Notes: generated from the sequence alone by a model not told the origin. A stretch of DNA of 64,000 bases from Eledone cirrhosa (GCA_964016885.1 OZ024740.1:374976001-375040000); one strand, 5' to 3'; shown: positions 1-14,813, counted from the stretch's first letter. Translations and numbers: made by a program.

Positions 1-19
1 TGCATATTCTATAGAAGAA

Positions 20-161
20 TGTGTATACATGTGTATGTATTTATATTTGTATATAGGTATATATATGTATATATATGTATATATATATATATGTTTATAT
101 ATGTATGTACGTGTCTATATGTATGTGTGTGCATGTATGTATGTGTGTATGCATGTCTATG

Positions 162-194
<33 letters not shown>

Positions 195-341
195 ATATAT
201 ATATATATGTATATATATATGTATATATATATGTATATATATATATCTATATAGATATATATACAGATACCCCCCCCCACACACACATATTTATATATAT
301 ATTTATATATATATATATATACATATATACACACACGCACA

Positions 342-400
<59 letters not shown>

Positions 401-410
401 TGTATATATA
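20..410. repeat. (TA)n-rich microsatellite; similar tracts at ~8140-8300, 8680-8770, 10920-11560, 45640-46010, 46810-46917, 47350-47590, 54560-54660, 61330-61497, 62590-62826
   Basis: Seen directly. These tracts produce the [12 protein letters not shown] pseudo-ORFs in the ORF track. Confidence 0.98.
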
Positions 411-479
411 TTTCGTTTCTGAATTTGTTTAGCAAGATTCTTTATCTGAAAACGTGTGGTTGAAACCGATATTTGAATA

Positions 480-1172
480 ATTTGGGAGGGTCATGTTGCC
501 AATAGGAAACAAACACACCTCTAGTTTTCAGTCCAATTTATTATAAATTAAATTATAAATTAAAATTTTTTTAATAAATTTCCGCTTGGTTGGTTCCACA
601 ACCGGACGATTGTTCATATATTGTCAAAGTTCTTTCGTCACACATTATTTGACCTCTTCAGTGACTGGTGATTATTTTCTTTGTTTTGTGCCTCTCCTTT
701 GTTCTGTCCTACGTCATCTTGTTTTTGTGCGTGTTGTGTGCTTAATTTGCGCATGTTACATCCGGGTGTCTGTTTGTGTTTTTATGTGTTTATTTATTTG
801 TTTATTTACATCTTACTGGTTAGTTGTTTGTTCTATATGTGTGTGTTTTCATTTTGTCCTTAATTGTAAGTTGTGATGTTGCTATTCCATTCATGTTTTC
901 TATTTAATTTTGGTTGGAGTTCATTTATGTTCATTGCCTCTGTGATTTGTCTAAATATTGCGTCTTTTCTGTGTGTAGATTTTATTTTTATTTCTAAGTT
1001 CTCTAATTTGCCCTTATGTTCTATGTTAGCATGTTGGTGGAGTACTGATGATTAATTTCTATCTGAAAGCTCTCACCAGTGTTCATTTAATCGTTCGAAC
1101 GATTAAATTTGAACGAATAAATGAACGCTGGCGAGAGCTTCAAGATAGAAAAGAATAATCAGTACTCCACAA
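480..1172 (-). mobile_element. 3' fragment of a Penelope-like element (GIY-YIG C-terminus plus 3' tail) with a short 5' inverted duplication (1035-1100 vs 1110-1172)
   Basis: The minus strand translates as ERLNEHW*ELSDRN*SSVLHQHANIEHKGKLENLEIKIKSTHRKDAIFRQITEAMNINELQPKLNRKHEW. The R..EH and EA..I....P.LN motifs match PLE GIY-YIG domains. An HHR lies downstream. Confidence 0.7.
623..665 (-). ncRNA. Minimal type I hammerhead ribozyme motif
   Basis: GTCA CTGAAGA G GTCA-aataatgtg-TGAC GAAA GAAC TT|TGAC: 4-bp helix I, intact core, 4-bp helix II, minimal helix III, CUU triplet. Confidence 0.65.
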
Positions 1173-1299
1173 GATGGGTTCATATCCAATGGACACAGCG
1201 GCGTAATCATTAGTTGCTACACAGGTAAATGTGTTGATCTAGAAATGATCAACTAAAGGGAAATAGATCTAATGTATTTACATGACAGACTGAAGTCTA

Positions 1300-2030
1300 G
1301 GACAATTAATAATTAAGATGCAGCTTGGTTTTATGCCATGCAGAAACACAAGAAACGCCCGTTTTAATCAAGACTACTCCCAACCAATTCCATAGCTATT
1401 CCTTATTAGACTTTGTTGATCTAAAGAATGCCTTTTACAGATTATCCGATCCGTCATCTGGTGCTCCTGAAGGAAATTGTTGTAGAGAATTGACATGAGA
1501 GAGCAGTAGAAGTGACGTACAGTAGGGCGGTTAAAAATGTGTGAGTAAGAAGTGTGTTTAGTGGAACTTCACAGAACAGGTTTAAGTGCATCAGTGTCGA
1601 TTTCCTAATCTACTTCTATTTATTATAGTCTCCCAGGCCAAAACAGAGGAGTTTAAATATGGCTGCCCATATGTTTTTTTTCATGGTGCAAATAATCCCG
1701 GCACATTGCTGAATGTCTGGAAGAAGTAAACAATATATTGCGGGAGTGGAAATTCGACTTAGAATTAAAAAGGGACTAAGAGCAAACTTAGCCAAAATTA
1801 AAGTGTTAATAAGTAGGAATGAAGATAGGTGTCTGATCCAATAATGGATATGACCTTGTTTCACATGGTGAAAAGAATTAGACAAAATATCTATACATAG
1901 TATACAATGCAAATCGTGTGTGCCTATCATAATACCAAACTTGCTCTGGTTAACCGAGTTAAATGTTTATAAGGAATCTCACGAATCATCAACTTTGATG
2001 GACATTTAACGCAGTGATAGTTTTCAGAAG
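1300..2030 (+). pseudogene. Highly degraded LINE reverse-transcriptase remnant
   Basis: FVDLKNAF-like motif near 1412; frames are broken throughout. Confidence 0.35.
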
Positions 2031-3760
2031 GTAAAATTCGTATTAGCGTCGTTATAATCACTATAATCCTGATAGTAACACTGGATCACCATCTTCAACA
2101 GAAGGAAACAATCTGCAACCATCTCGCACAGGTTTAGCTGCATGAACCTACAATATTATAGTTATGGTAGACATTGAAAATAAGGAAAATATTAAATATA
2201 TACTGACCCGAATACCTCCCCGTGATTCCTGGAAAAGTCCAGGTAATGCTCGCGAAAATTATAAGAAAAATAAAACAATTCATAGACAAGAATATGAATG
2301 TACAGTTGAGAAGAAACACAGAGCATTTGGAGTATACACAACACTAAATTGTAGATATGCTCTTCTGTCAAATTCGTGATAATCTCTCTTGTGTTTTACC
2401 TCCATACAAGTCACGGAAGGGAAACGTCAACAATGTAATTATTGCACAAACGACCAGTGGTAAATATATATTGGATATTGTAAACAAAGACTAAAATAGT
2501 AGCCCGATGGCTACCATCAGCGAAAGAATGACATCTGGTTATTACTCCAACCACACCTCCATGAAACATGATGTTGTACCCATCCCGATCGAGAATACAC
2601 TACAGAAGAATGCGTTAAGCACAAATAGGAGTGAACATATAGAAATTGATGGATCTAAACAATATTGGAGGAAATGCAAAAAAAGAAAAAATGGTACAAA
2701 ATTAAAACACCAGCCAACCACAGCCCGGCTCCCTTCTCCCTAGTGGACTTTCTTTTTTTCCTTATCTGAGTATGTCACACCTGTTGATGACATGCAGCTT
2801 TTTACTGACATAACTTTGTGATCCTTAATCGTTAACAAAGGACGTTCCCACGCCTAGAATTAGATGCCGTAAACCGTTGATTTTGACTTGAATTCCCCGC
2901 CAGAGTTCGCTATATACCATGCTGCAAACACATGGATACACCGTAAGCCTGCCAAAGAGCCACGCGTGTTTTTTACTGGGGCTGCTTATTTCCGAATTTA
3001 TAGAGCTAATCCTATTAACGTGTTACACGATATAACGTTAGAAAGTTAAAAAGAAATGGTAGATGTCCACGACAATCAACAGCCATCCAATTGTGTAAAG
3101 GTTTTTATATGTATGTACATATATTAACTTCATCATTTAACGTTTAACGTTTTCACACACACACTCAAACACACAAATAGGCACGCGCACACACATACAC
3201 ACACACACACGGGCGCCTCATACACACACACACACCCACACCCACATACACACACACACACGAGCACAGAAACACGCACACACACACCAACACACACATA
3301 AACACGCACACACACATATATAAATACATACAAACAAACGTACATAATCTGATTCTGGTACTTATTGCCTGATGTAAACATCTTATCAAGGTTGGGCACC
3401 TTGCTATTATCAACAACATATATAATATGAAATAGATATTTACAGAGTTTAACCTATCCTGATAAGTAATTGATTAATTCGTTCGTCGATAACAATAACA
3501 CAGTTAACAAGAAGATAGTAGAAAATAGATTTAGACACCTAAAATATCGTTCGACACCCGCATTATGATATAATCTGCAACGTGATCTAATCCCACCAGT
3601 TATTGACGATTTGAGTGCCCCGTTTGTCAAGACACCGGTGTGCTTGGACGATCTAATATTACTATGTGAATATCTCTCTCTCTCTCTCTCTCTCCCTATC
3701 TCTCTCTCTCTATCTCTCTATATTTCTCTCTCTTTCTCTCTCTCTCTCTCTCTATCTCTC

Positions 3761-3834
<74 letters not shown>

Positions 3835-4010
3835 GAAAGAGAGAGAGAGAGACATCCTGGAGTGAGACATATTGCCTTTAATGCGCTATAATGTCCATGA
3901 CCAGTAGACAACTGATGAAGGAAAATGTTCTCCCGTTCTTGCTTTCCTCTGTTCATAAGTAAACCTTATCCAGCAACTACAAATACCCTGTTTATTCATT
4001 TGTATTATAT

Positions 4011-4043
<33 letters not shown>

Positions 4044-4869
4044 ATATATATAAACGTGAGGTTGTGAGTTCAAATTTCAGACTGCGTGATTCGCTGTGTC
4101 CTTGAACAAGACGCATTATTTTCGGTTGCTCAATGCACTCAGCTCTACAAATGAGTTGCGACGTCATTTGTGCCGAACTGTATTGGTCCTTGCCTTTCCC
4201 TGGGACACCATTTATGGTGTGGGGATGGGAGAAAGCTATACTTCACAGGAGAACTTTCTAGGAGCAAATCCCATAGTAATTCATGAGCGAATGTGGTCTC
4301 TACCTATCTTTTTATATATATTCATAGATAAAGATTATATCTATATTATTATCCCTGTGAATTGAAAAAATGAGAAACATATTTAATCGATTTTAAAGTG
4401 CATCCATCATCAGATGACGTGAATATCATTCAATCAACCACAAGGAAACATGTTGTTGAATGGATATACTTTTGGAATATGCTTAGAAAGATATAACAGA
4501 TATATATTCATGTTTATAAACGTTTGTGAAGTCTTAGTTACACACACACATACTAGCTTGCTCGCTCTATCTCTCTCTATATATAATATTGTATATCTAT
4601 CTTCAACAACTTTTCTATGCTATCATTGGTTTCCAATCACGCATGTGGCTTTGATTTTGCGATTGCACTTACGTGCACATGCGTGATTTCTCTACATAAA
4701 ACAAACATGGCTGACGTTTTTTACATGAGCTCTCGTTCGTTGCATAGGGGATATCCCTATGTCCGAATTAATATTTGTTTTTCTCTCTAATACAACATGA
4801 ATACCTGTTTTTCCTTTAATCTAGGGCTTGGACATATCCAGGATGCTCCATTGTATATGCATATGTGTG

Positions 4870-4905
<36 letters not shown>

Positions 4906-4969
4906 TATATATATATATATATGAGTGTGTGTGTGTGCATGCCGGTATGTGTGCGCGTATTTGTGTAAT

Positions 4970-5004
<35 letters not shown>

Positions 5005-5521
5005 GATTGTGTGTGTGTGCATGCAGGTATGTGTGCGCGTATTTGTGTAGGGCAGTGATTGTAGGTGTGTATGTATGTGAGTGTCCACCCTTGGTTTTCT
5101 GTGTCTAAATATAAATAATTAATATATTTTAGATTTACCCTACATATTATTTTCATTATAAATGTTACGCATTAGTATGCATTTTTGATAATAAAATACA
5201 TGGAAATTACCATACTGATTTATCGAATTCATTTTCTCTTCGTATTTATAACTATTGATGAGATTCTCGTTAGAATAATGTAGATATGATAGGTTTTTAT
5301 TAAATAAATTTACCAAATGTATGATGGTTTTGACTATATCAAACATTAATGAATGTATACACTGCTCTCGTTTATCATTCACACTGACCTCATATGTCAG
5401 AGACAATCCCCTATTAGACAAAGCTATTATACTGTTTATTATTTCAGAAGGCAAAAAAGCAGCATTTAGAAATTCATACAATCCAATTTTAAGCAATGGG
5501 ATTCCAAAATGTATCATCAAT

Positions 5522-5639
5522 TATAAATTCAGAACATTGATTAATATTTGTGAAATATACATATAAAAGTACTCTATGTATAAATTCAGAACATTGATTA
5601 ATATTTGTGAAATATACATATAAAAGTACTCTATGTAAA
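5522..5639. repeat. 59-bp direct tandem duplication
   Basis: tataaattcagaacattgatt...tactctatgta occurs twice back to back. Confidence 0.9.
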
Positions 5640-8141
5640 TAAGCATATCTTAATTACGAAAATGTGATGTACTCTTTCATATAAAATTGATATAACCACA
5701 AATAATAATTGTTCCTACTTTAGGCACAATGCCAGCAATTACCCAGTGCATTACTAATAATGCTTGTTCAATGCTTCTGTAAATTACCCTCTCTAATTAC
5801 ATGAAGTCGGCCATTAAATTACTGATCAGACGAACATATGATGTTGTATATATATATACTACATTTATTAATTATAAACTTTCGGCATTTATTTATATCA
5901 AAAATTAAATGTATGTCATTGTTATGATTAATACGCCAATGGCATATTACGCTTTACGTAATTATGTTTAAATGCCAGGCTTGCTTCTGTGATCTGGTTG
6001 GGTAACATAAGGTTAGTGGCACAAGCGGAGTAAATTGTAGACTAATTTCATAGTCACTGCTAAAACATGTTTTCTTCTGGGTAAGATTATTTATCTTAGA
6101 TCAATTGTTATCTACCAGACTATTGATTAAAGACATCCTATGTGTTGTCATCTCCAACATTATGCGCTATACTATTTGATATTCTGATTATATGAATAGG
6201 TTCGAGCACAATGCAAACTATCTAATACGAAATAAATACAGAAAGAAACGCATTAAAGTTTGCACATAAAAAAAATCAGGAAATAATATAGATCGAAGTA
6301 ATTTAAAAAATCATCCATTGAAATTCTAAGCCACTAGAAATAACTTGGACATGCCACACGGAATATATGTTCCATTTTGAAAGAGACATTGTCTATAGTC
6401 TATATAACAAGGGTTTAGAATCAATGCGTCATTTTAATAATTTATTTGTGTGTCAGAAACAGGGAAACTGAAAATATACTAACAAAGGTTTATGCTGATA
6501 TGCCGTAATAGAATACCTGGACAGACAGAAAAGCTGGAGGTAAGAGGAATTAGATGTAGTGTGCAGTCGAAAAGACTGCTAAGGCATGGGTATAAGTTAT
6601 AGAGGGGTGGTGTTCGTTGAGTGAAGGAAGCTACAGAAGAGGAAGATATGTATGCAAACAAAATGGCGGTATAGAAGGAATCGGATATGTACTGCAAGAA
6701 AGAAGTCTATACTGGTATAGACATTTATGTGTATGGATAGTGATTGGCAGGAGACCCCAGTGGAAGAAGATGCAATAGAGGACAAGCAAAATTGTTCTAG
6801 ATAAAAAGAAAAACAGGAAATAAGATGAATCAGATTTAGTGTGGGAGAGAGAGGATTGTGCTTGCCTAGTCTTGTGATATTAATGGAGGATGTTTATTAG
6901 GTGAAGGAATGTCAGGTGATAGCAGAGTTAGAGGTAAACAGGAAGATGCTTGTTGTACGAAACGATTGCAGGATGCTAAATCTCAGAGGAGAGATGGCAG
7001 AGGATTTTGGAAGGAAGATGTAGAATAGGTAAAGGCAAACGGAGAGATGCTGTAATGGCGGTGACTCATCTAACCTGTGAAACTATGAAAAAAGCAAAGG
7101 AAGAAAATGAAAACATGTGTGCTTTACTTTATATATATTGAAAATATATATACTTTGAATATGCTGTTAATATTTACTCCATATATTTTCAATATACACA
7201 TTATATTGCATATATACACTATATATATTTACATATACACTCTGTATATTCTAATTATAAACTCTGCTCATGGATATTCCGTGCTTAAAACAAGGAAAGG
7301 GATCTCATAACAAATAAAACAAAATAACTTGATTATATTCATGTGTCCGAACACACCGAGAAGATGGATCTTACGAAGTGGGAGAACAAAAGACTGAAAT
7401 ACAAGCTGATAACATCTATGAAAGGTAGTAATGGATTAACTTTCAAAAGAATCAGACCTCAGAGATTAAAAACATAAAGTTACGTAGAATTACAAAGGAG
7501 GGCTTACTCAACAGTGGTGAAATATTTGCATAATTCTTTGATCGATGAATATTTTCTATGGAGGTTATATGTGAATTGTTTCGTGTTATATGTAGCAAGA
7601 GGAAAGGCCATGCCGGGATCATCTCGTTGATTCGGTGTATGTTACTGATGCTAGAAATGATATGCTTTGAGTATGTGAACATTATTTATTGTATATAGAT
7701 AGAAAAGTGGGGATGAAAATTATTGAGAATCGACACTTGATGTCTTTGTCACATCCTTCTTAGCCGTTAGTCAACAACTTGAAACAATGCACGTGTTATT
7801 TATATTAGAGATGTATGTTATATTTCAGAAATAAAATTCACAATTTGCCTCGATTCACTGCAAGCATTTTCAAAGTATAATATGTTTTATTTGGCACCAC
7901 TTAGACTATAGAGATGCAATGAATAGTTTCTGTGGTTTATATATCTTTTTATAATTAAATTTGCCATTGACAATAATGTAAACATCCCGCCTGTTGTCTG
8001 ACAATAACAAGGCGATTTGTAACATAATATCCATTTGATATTCATTTAATGGATTTACAGAATATTTTAAACACATGGACTGACATTTGTTTCAAGAACG
8101 AACTGCATTCATCATTACGTAAAATTCGCGACTAACATATA

Positions 8142-8216
<75 letters not shown>

Positions 8217-8557
8217 ATATATATGTGTATACATATATATATATATATATGTATATATATATGTGCATATATATATATATGTGTATACATATATATATAT
8301 ATATCATAAATCATGTCCTTAGAATTATTAGATAAAATATATACCATTTCCTCTTCCAATTAGCATAATTAACCATATAAAAAATCAATTAGACCAAGCT
8401 TTAAGAAGAAAGGCTCTTATGAAGAAATCTCCGACAAATAACCGAAAGTGGCCTCTTCGCGGTGGCCCCAATATAGTATTTATGCAACATTTCGACAGCA
8501 TGTAGAAACTGACTAAATATACCATCAACCATACACAATGTGTACATACCGTAATTA

Positions 8558-8636
8558 TATCTCTACCATGGTTTCATCCGTATTTTTAGACATCCAATTA
8601 ATAGGAATGTCTTGAGTTAGGATTCATCAGGAGACA
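8558..8636 (-). ncRNA. Type I hammerhead ribozyme motif with palindromic helix III
   Basis: TGTCTC CTGATGA ATCC...[AGACATTCC-tattaatt-GGATGTCT]...GGAT GAAA CCATGG TA|GAGATA. All three helices pair; GUA triplet; helix III is the palindrome ACCATGGT. Confidence 0.8.
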
Positions 8637-8674
8637 AACTCAAAATCAGACATTTAGTTTCCAAATTGATCGCG

Positions 8675-8748
<74 letters not shown>

Positions 8749-8966
8749 ATATATATATATATATATATATGTATATCTGCGTTTTTAGAATAGTAATAAC
8801 ATTCGATTCCTCTGCAACTATACAAACCGACTCTTTAAGCCATGTGAGTAGAATGACCCCCGTAATTCTACTCACATAATTGCAAACTAACTGAAAATCA
8901 ATATTCGAAATACACAGATATACATTTTATTTTTGTAATCAACCATGTAGAGCGGTAGAACTATTT

Positions 8967-9024
<58 letters not shown>

Positions 9025-9275
9025 TATATATGTATGTTCTTCTGGTTTTATAGTTTCACAGATTTTTTTCTCAATAGAGTGAGAGTCGGTTTCTTACATC
9101 GACACAGGTCTCTCTCATTGGAATTTACACAACATCAACTAGGTAGATTATGTATGCATGTCTGCATGCATGCATGTGTAGATATGGATCTTATTGTATG
9201 TGTGGATGTGGATGTTTTGAGTTGTATGTGGACATGCGTATATGCTTTGTATCTGTACATGTGTATATGCAGTTA

Positions 9276-10922
9276 TTAAATGCAAAACCTTTGGAATCTT
9301 TTACATAATTTTACTGTTCCATTAATGGATTGTACTTGTAATTTCCTAACTAGTAGTGTTCCTTCTGTTCCTGTGAAACCTAGCTTCTCAAGATTTGCAT
9401 TTAGGCAGTTACTAACATACACCAGTGCCCCAATAATCAAAAGCATACATCTGATGGTGTAATCAGGTTGGAGTATATGCAGATTTCTCATCAGTTCTGA
9501 AAAATATTCTCCTTTTGGCTAATCTTTGATATTATATTGGCATCTGCTGGGCAGCTAATTTCCACTACTGTGTATTCTACCTTCTCCCTGTCCCTTATCA
9601 TAATATCTGGTCTGTTATGCCTGCATTTTATTGCCGTTTTTACTGGAACATTCCAGCAGTACTGTTTCATATTATGTACGTGAATGTCTTCCACATTGTT
9701 GTAGCTTTTAATGTGTTTATTATCGCGACTATCTTTTTTACGAACTGCATTGTACAGTGTTTTGGCTACTACATCATTCCTCGTAGGTAGATAGTACCGC
9801 GATGACATCTTTGGACAACTGTAGTGACATGGGTGATATATTCAATGTTAGTTCTGCAGAGTCTCACTTGTTATCACATCTAGGTGTTTTGACTGCATCC
9901 CTATCTCTTTTGTGAATCAGGTATTTCGTGTTAATCTCCTGTTCTTGGATTGGAAAAGCGTATCCTTATCTATATTACACTCACTCTGGAGCTTCCTGGC
10001 AACATATCCATGCATGATTTTTTGCTGATAAGCATGCAGTTTTTCATCCATGGATTCACAGCGATACTGCTGAGCGACTTCCCTGGGTGTCGGTTTTTTA
10101 TTATCACAAAGGGTATATCTCTCCAGGAGTTCCTTCCCAACTCCCATGATCGTATCTGTTTCATGCAGATAGACTTGCTCGAGAGACGGGCTCCTTCGCT
10201 TCGAGGTTCGAAGATGATGTCGGAGGGATATGATGCGACATTCAAATGCTGCCTGGACTGATGTTAGGCCTCTGCTTCCCTGATTACGTTTCAAATAAAG
10301 GCAATCTATGTCACTGTTGATGTGGAAGTATCCGGTGTTGTTTAGTATTTTTCGAATTCCAACATTAATGGCTCGGATTTCGTCTATCGTCCAATTGAGT
10401 ATTCCAAACGTTGGTGTTACGACAGGCACAACAAACACATTGTGAGCCACTGTTTTGTTTTGCGCAGAGAGTTCCGATGAACAAATCTTTCTTAATCGGG
10501 TGTAGTATTCCCTGGTTATACGTTCCTTATTACAGATGCCATTATAGGATATGTTCTCATCTATCCCCAGGTATCTGTAGCAGTCCTCATCAGATATCGT
10601 TGAAACAGTTAGGCCATTGACGACAAAATTGTTAGATTGGGTTGTTGTGTTTCCCCTCTTTACAGTCATGTATCAGCATTTATCTTGGCCAAACTCCATT
10701 CCTATATCCTTTGGGAACGTTGTAACAAGGTCAATATTTTATCCCATCCATGTTCTTTGCATAGAGTTTCAGATCGTCCACAAAGAAATTATGGGTTAGG
10801 TTCGTATTTGTGTCCTCCTGTGTGCAAATGATGTATCCCTCACGTTTCTTGAGCAGAAAGGACAAGGTGTTTATTGACAAGATGAATAATATCACAGAGA
10901 GACTGTCCCCCTGAAATATGTT
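9276..10922 (-). mobile_element. 5'-truncated non-LTR retrotransposon with restriction-like endonuclease (R4/Dong-type), frameshifted
   Basis: RT motifs [17 protein letters not shown] and YRYLGI; CCHC-region remnant; endonuclease motifs HNRPDI and VEISCPAD in ORFs 10731-11033, 9917-10669 and 9491-9808. Confidence 0.85.
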
Positions 10923-10936
10923 TGTATGTATGTATG

Positions 10937-11013
<77 letters not shown>

Positions 11014-11114
11014 GTATATATATATATATACATACATATATATTATATATACAATATACACAACGTATTATATATATATACAACATAGATATATATATAT
11101 ATACATATATATAC

Positions 11115-11166
<52 letters not shown>

Positions 11167-11172
11167 AATATA

Positions 11173-11207
<35 letters not shown>

Positions 11208-11208
11208 T

Positions 11209-11248
<40 letters not shown>

Positions 11249-11346
11249 GTATATATATGTATATATATATATATCTATGTTGTATATATATATAATATGT
11301 TGTATATATTGTATATATAATATATATGTATATATATGTATGTACG

Positions 11347-11414
<68 letters not shown>

Positions 11415-11416
11415 TG

Positions 11417-11447
<31 letters not shown>

Positions 11448-11454
11448 CTATCTA

Positions 11455-11510
<56 letters not shown>

Positions 11511-12239
11511 GTATATATATGTATATATATATATATATATGTGCGTGTGCGTTCGCACGTGTTTGTGTGTGTATCTGTATGCATGTGAGTGTTACTTTTA
11601 ACACTAAGTTAGTGCATCACGCCTGCTTGTATATATATATATATTAGTGTATGTATATACGTACGTTTATACAGTATAGGGCCCTCGTCGTCTCCCCTCG
11701 ACTTGCTCCGATCACGTTGATAGAGAAAAGTCGATTAAAATTATGTATTATTGGAATTTGAAGGATATTGGGAAAGGATGAATTAGTTAAATACATAAAA
11801 CGAGCAAGAAAAATAAATTCGGTTTCATGTATATGCAGCAATCGATTGAAGTTTCAAGACCGTAGGGTGTTAGTGATATACTATAGGAACGCAGCGCAGT
11901 ATATCCTTTGGCTAAACGTGAAATTAGATCGAATGCAGCCGGTGAAGTTAGAACCGTTCCCAGGAGAGCATTACCGCTGGAGATGTTGGAAGTAGAACAA
12001 GTGTTAGTAGTGATGATGTTGAAAGTGGATGTACTGGCTAAATTCATAAATGAATGGATCAAGACGATGATATGAAGCACAAGCCTGTCTTAATACCAGA
12101 AACAATTCTGAGCGTTTCAAAAGTTTAGAAAAACTCCGCAAGCAACGAAACATTAAAACGTCGGGGCAAAAACAACAACAATAATATTGATAATATAATT
12201 TTAAAGAAAGATTATTATTACTTAAAGCGATGCAGTGGA

Positions 12240-13435
12240 TAATTTTAGAATCACGACTGTGTATACATTTCATGAAGAGAATGAAATTCTACCAGAAGAG
12301 CTAAATCGGTGAAAAAAACAGCATTAGCACAAAATTCAACTGCTGATTAATAAAGCAATCCTTGCACATTGTAATATACGGCACAAGAACTTAACCATGG
12401 CAAGACTGTAATATACAAAAGCCTAAGACATGGTCCCCAAAAATTGGATATTACACTGTCTGAAATTTTTTCAGTTACCAGGATTAAAGAATTAACTCCC
12501 TGGTAGACAATTTATCACACCTCTTATTTGTCATCTGCATAAACCTCCTTACCCAGCTCCTTTGAAATGTGAAAATGTGATATGTCTTAGATGGTATTAA
12601 GACAAACCACCTGTTATTCATTGATGATTTAAAGTTATTTGCGAAGAAAATTGGACGAAATTGACAGCTTAATATCCATATAAACCAGGTTATTCAGGAC
12701 ATTTGGATGGAGTTTGGGATAAATTAATGTGAAACATAGAAAACTAATAAAAAAAAGTAGAGTGATTCAGCTTGAAAATTGCCAGGCTATTATAGAAATT
12801 GGATAAGAAGGATACAACTATTTTGTAGTCTTTGAGTTGGATATGATCAAAGAGAAATAAATGACGATGAATGACCCTTGTATTGTCATCTAAAGTGAAT
12901 GGAGGGTAACAGATAGATGAGCTGTATCTCTTATATGCTATGGGACAGGAGTTATTAATAGAGGAGAGATGTATTGGAATGTTTGGTAGGAAATTAAGGG
13001 AATAATGTTTGGTAGGAAATAAGGGAATAATGAGCATAAAGGACTCTACCCAAAGAGTTGTGTCGCAAGACTGTGTGTTGGAAGAAAGAAAGTGGGTAGA
13101 GGAATAAAGTGTCAAAATTGTGTCAAAATCGAAGAAACAACTTAGCTTGGTGCCTTAAAATATAAGGGGTAGCATCATACCAAGGAAAGAGATCGCAACA
13201 AACTGAAATTAGCTGAGGCAAGAGGCACATGATGAATGCAAGACGAGAGTGAAAAAGTACTTGAAAAAGAATGGGAGGATAAAGGTATACGTGGACTGTA
13301 CATGAGATAAAGTAGGCATTAATTTGGAATAGAGCACTTCGTGGCGATCTGAAAATATGCACGGAACCACTTACGCGCTGCATCTAGGAGCAGGCTCTCC
13401 GATCAAACTACATTAAACATCATGTTGACAAAATA
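12240..13435 (+). pseudogene. Degraded R4-like LINE RT fragment
   Basis: NHLLFIDDLKLF near 12605 and EQALRSNYIK near 13388; many stops. Confidence 0.55.
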
Positions 13436-13594
13436 TTTTATTTTATTATGTCTGCAATCTTTCGTTGAATTAAGCCACAATTTATGATCCGGATGTTGAA
13501 AAAGTTTGAAATAAAATTCCAAGTCAAAGATCACGGTTACAAAGAAATATTCATCTTTTCATGTGTTTATTTTTATTTGTGATAATTTATGAGT

Positions 13595-14615
13595 ATTCTT
13601 GCTTTGAAGACCTCCGAAAGGCAGAAGACCACGTTCCATGTGACCCACTTAGGAAAGTTCTTCAGGTTTATGGGATCGATGGTCAGCTTCTTATTGTCCT
13701 AAGGTCTCTATATAAATACCTGCGTATTTGTGTTCAGATAAATGGTGATCAATCGAAAACATTCAATGTGGGATACGGACTCCACCAAGAGTATGTATTG
13801 TCACCTCTCTTTATCATTATGTTCATGATTTTCATAAATAAGCTTGATTTGTGCAGCTAGGTTAGAAGTGGTTTTGTGACTGACAGGTGTCGGATCAGTC
13901 AGCTGGAATTTGGAGACCACTTAGTATTACTTAACTCGACATAAGGTGATATACGACTTGCAGTTGATAGGTTTTCTGCAATAAAAATCAATGTTGACAA
14001 GGCTGAGACACCCATCCTCTGTGCAGTCTATATGTGAGTGGAGTTATTCTGAAGCAGGTGGAGAAATTCAAATATTTCGAGAATGATTTCACAATAGATG
14101 GATGGCAGGTGGCTGAATTAAGTGTAAGAATTTCAGGAGCTGGTGCAGTAGTGCATCAGATTATGCATTCCGCAATCGGGAAAAATGGACGTAGGCCAAA
14201 CATTCTTCAATTCGGTATTCGTGCGAAACCATTCCTATGGTCATTAACCTCTGGTTATAAGACAGGGAATATGATCAAGAATGCAAGCGGCCAGAGAAAA
14301 GGGTTACTCGATAGAGTGCGTAGCTTAGAGATCAGAGTGAATCCTGGTAGAGCCGCTACTTCTCAGAATGAAGAGATCATAGATCCGATATTGAGGACAT
14401 GTGGTTATCATCTCTCCAAAAAGAATCGCTGGTCATATCTTTCGGACCAAACCAAGCGACATGAGACCCAGAGTTAGTCCCCGAGCAGGACGGTTCAATA
14501 GCATTCATGAACAGAGCTGGTTTAGTTTCGCGATTCAGCCGGATATGTTAGAGACGGTTGCCTCCGACAAGTCCCGTTGATGGAGTATTTGAGGTCTCTG
14601 CATCTTCGAACTCTG
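13595..14615 (+). mobile_element. Degraded RTE-type LINE 3' portion
   Basis: RT remnants DLRKAEDHV, GLHQEYVLSPLF and VEKFKY; ends at the (GAA)n tract. Confidence 0.6.
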
Positions 14616-14617
14616 CA

Positions 14618-14813
14618 GGAGGAGGAGGAAGAAGAAGAAGAAGAAGAAGAAGAAGAAGAAGAAGAAGAAGAAGAAGAAGAAGAAGAAGAAGAAGAAGAAG
14701 AAGAAGAAGAAGAAGACGAAGAAGAAGAAGAAGAAGAAGAAGAAGAAGAAGAAGAAGAAGAAGAAGAAGAAGAAGAAGAAGAAGAAGAAGAAGAAGAAGA
14801 AGAAGAAGAAGAA
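14618..14813. repeat. (GAA)n trinucleotide tract of ~65 units with one GAC interruption
   Basis: Seen directly. Confidence 0.98.

Noticed and set aside
9-463. [16 protein letters not shown] ORFs here and throughout the window
   Set aside because: These are translations of dinucleotide microsatellites, not genes.
1040-1080. CTGATGA...GAAA as a hammerhead
   Set aside because: Helices I and II do not pair; it is the antisense of GIY-YIG coding sequence.
3905-4420. CTGATGA at 3913 (+) and ~4406-4412 (-)
   Set aside because: No properly placed GAAA or helices.
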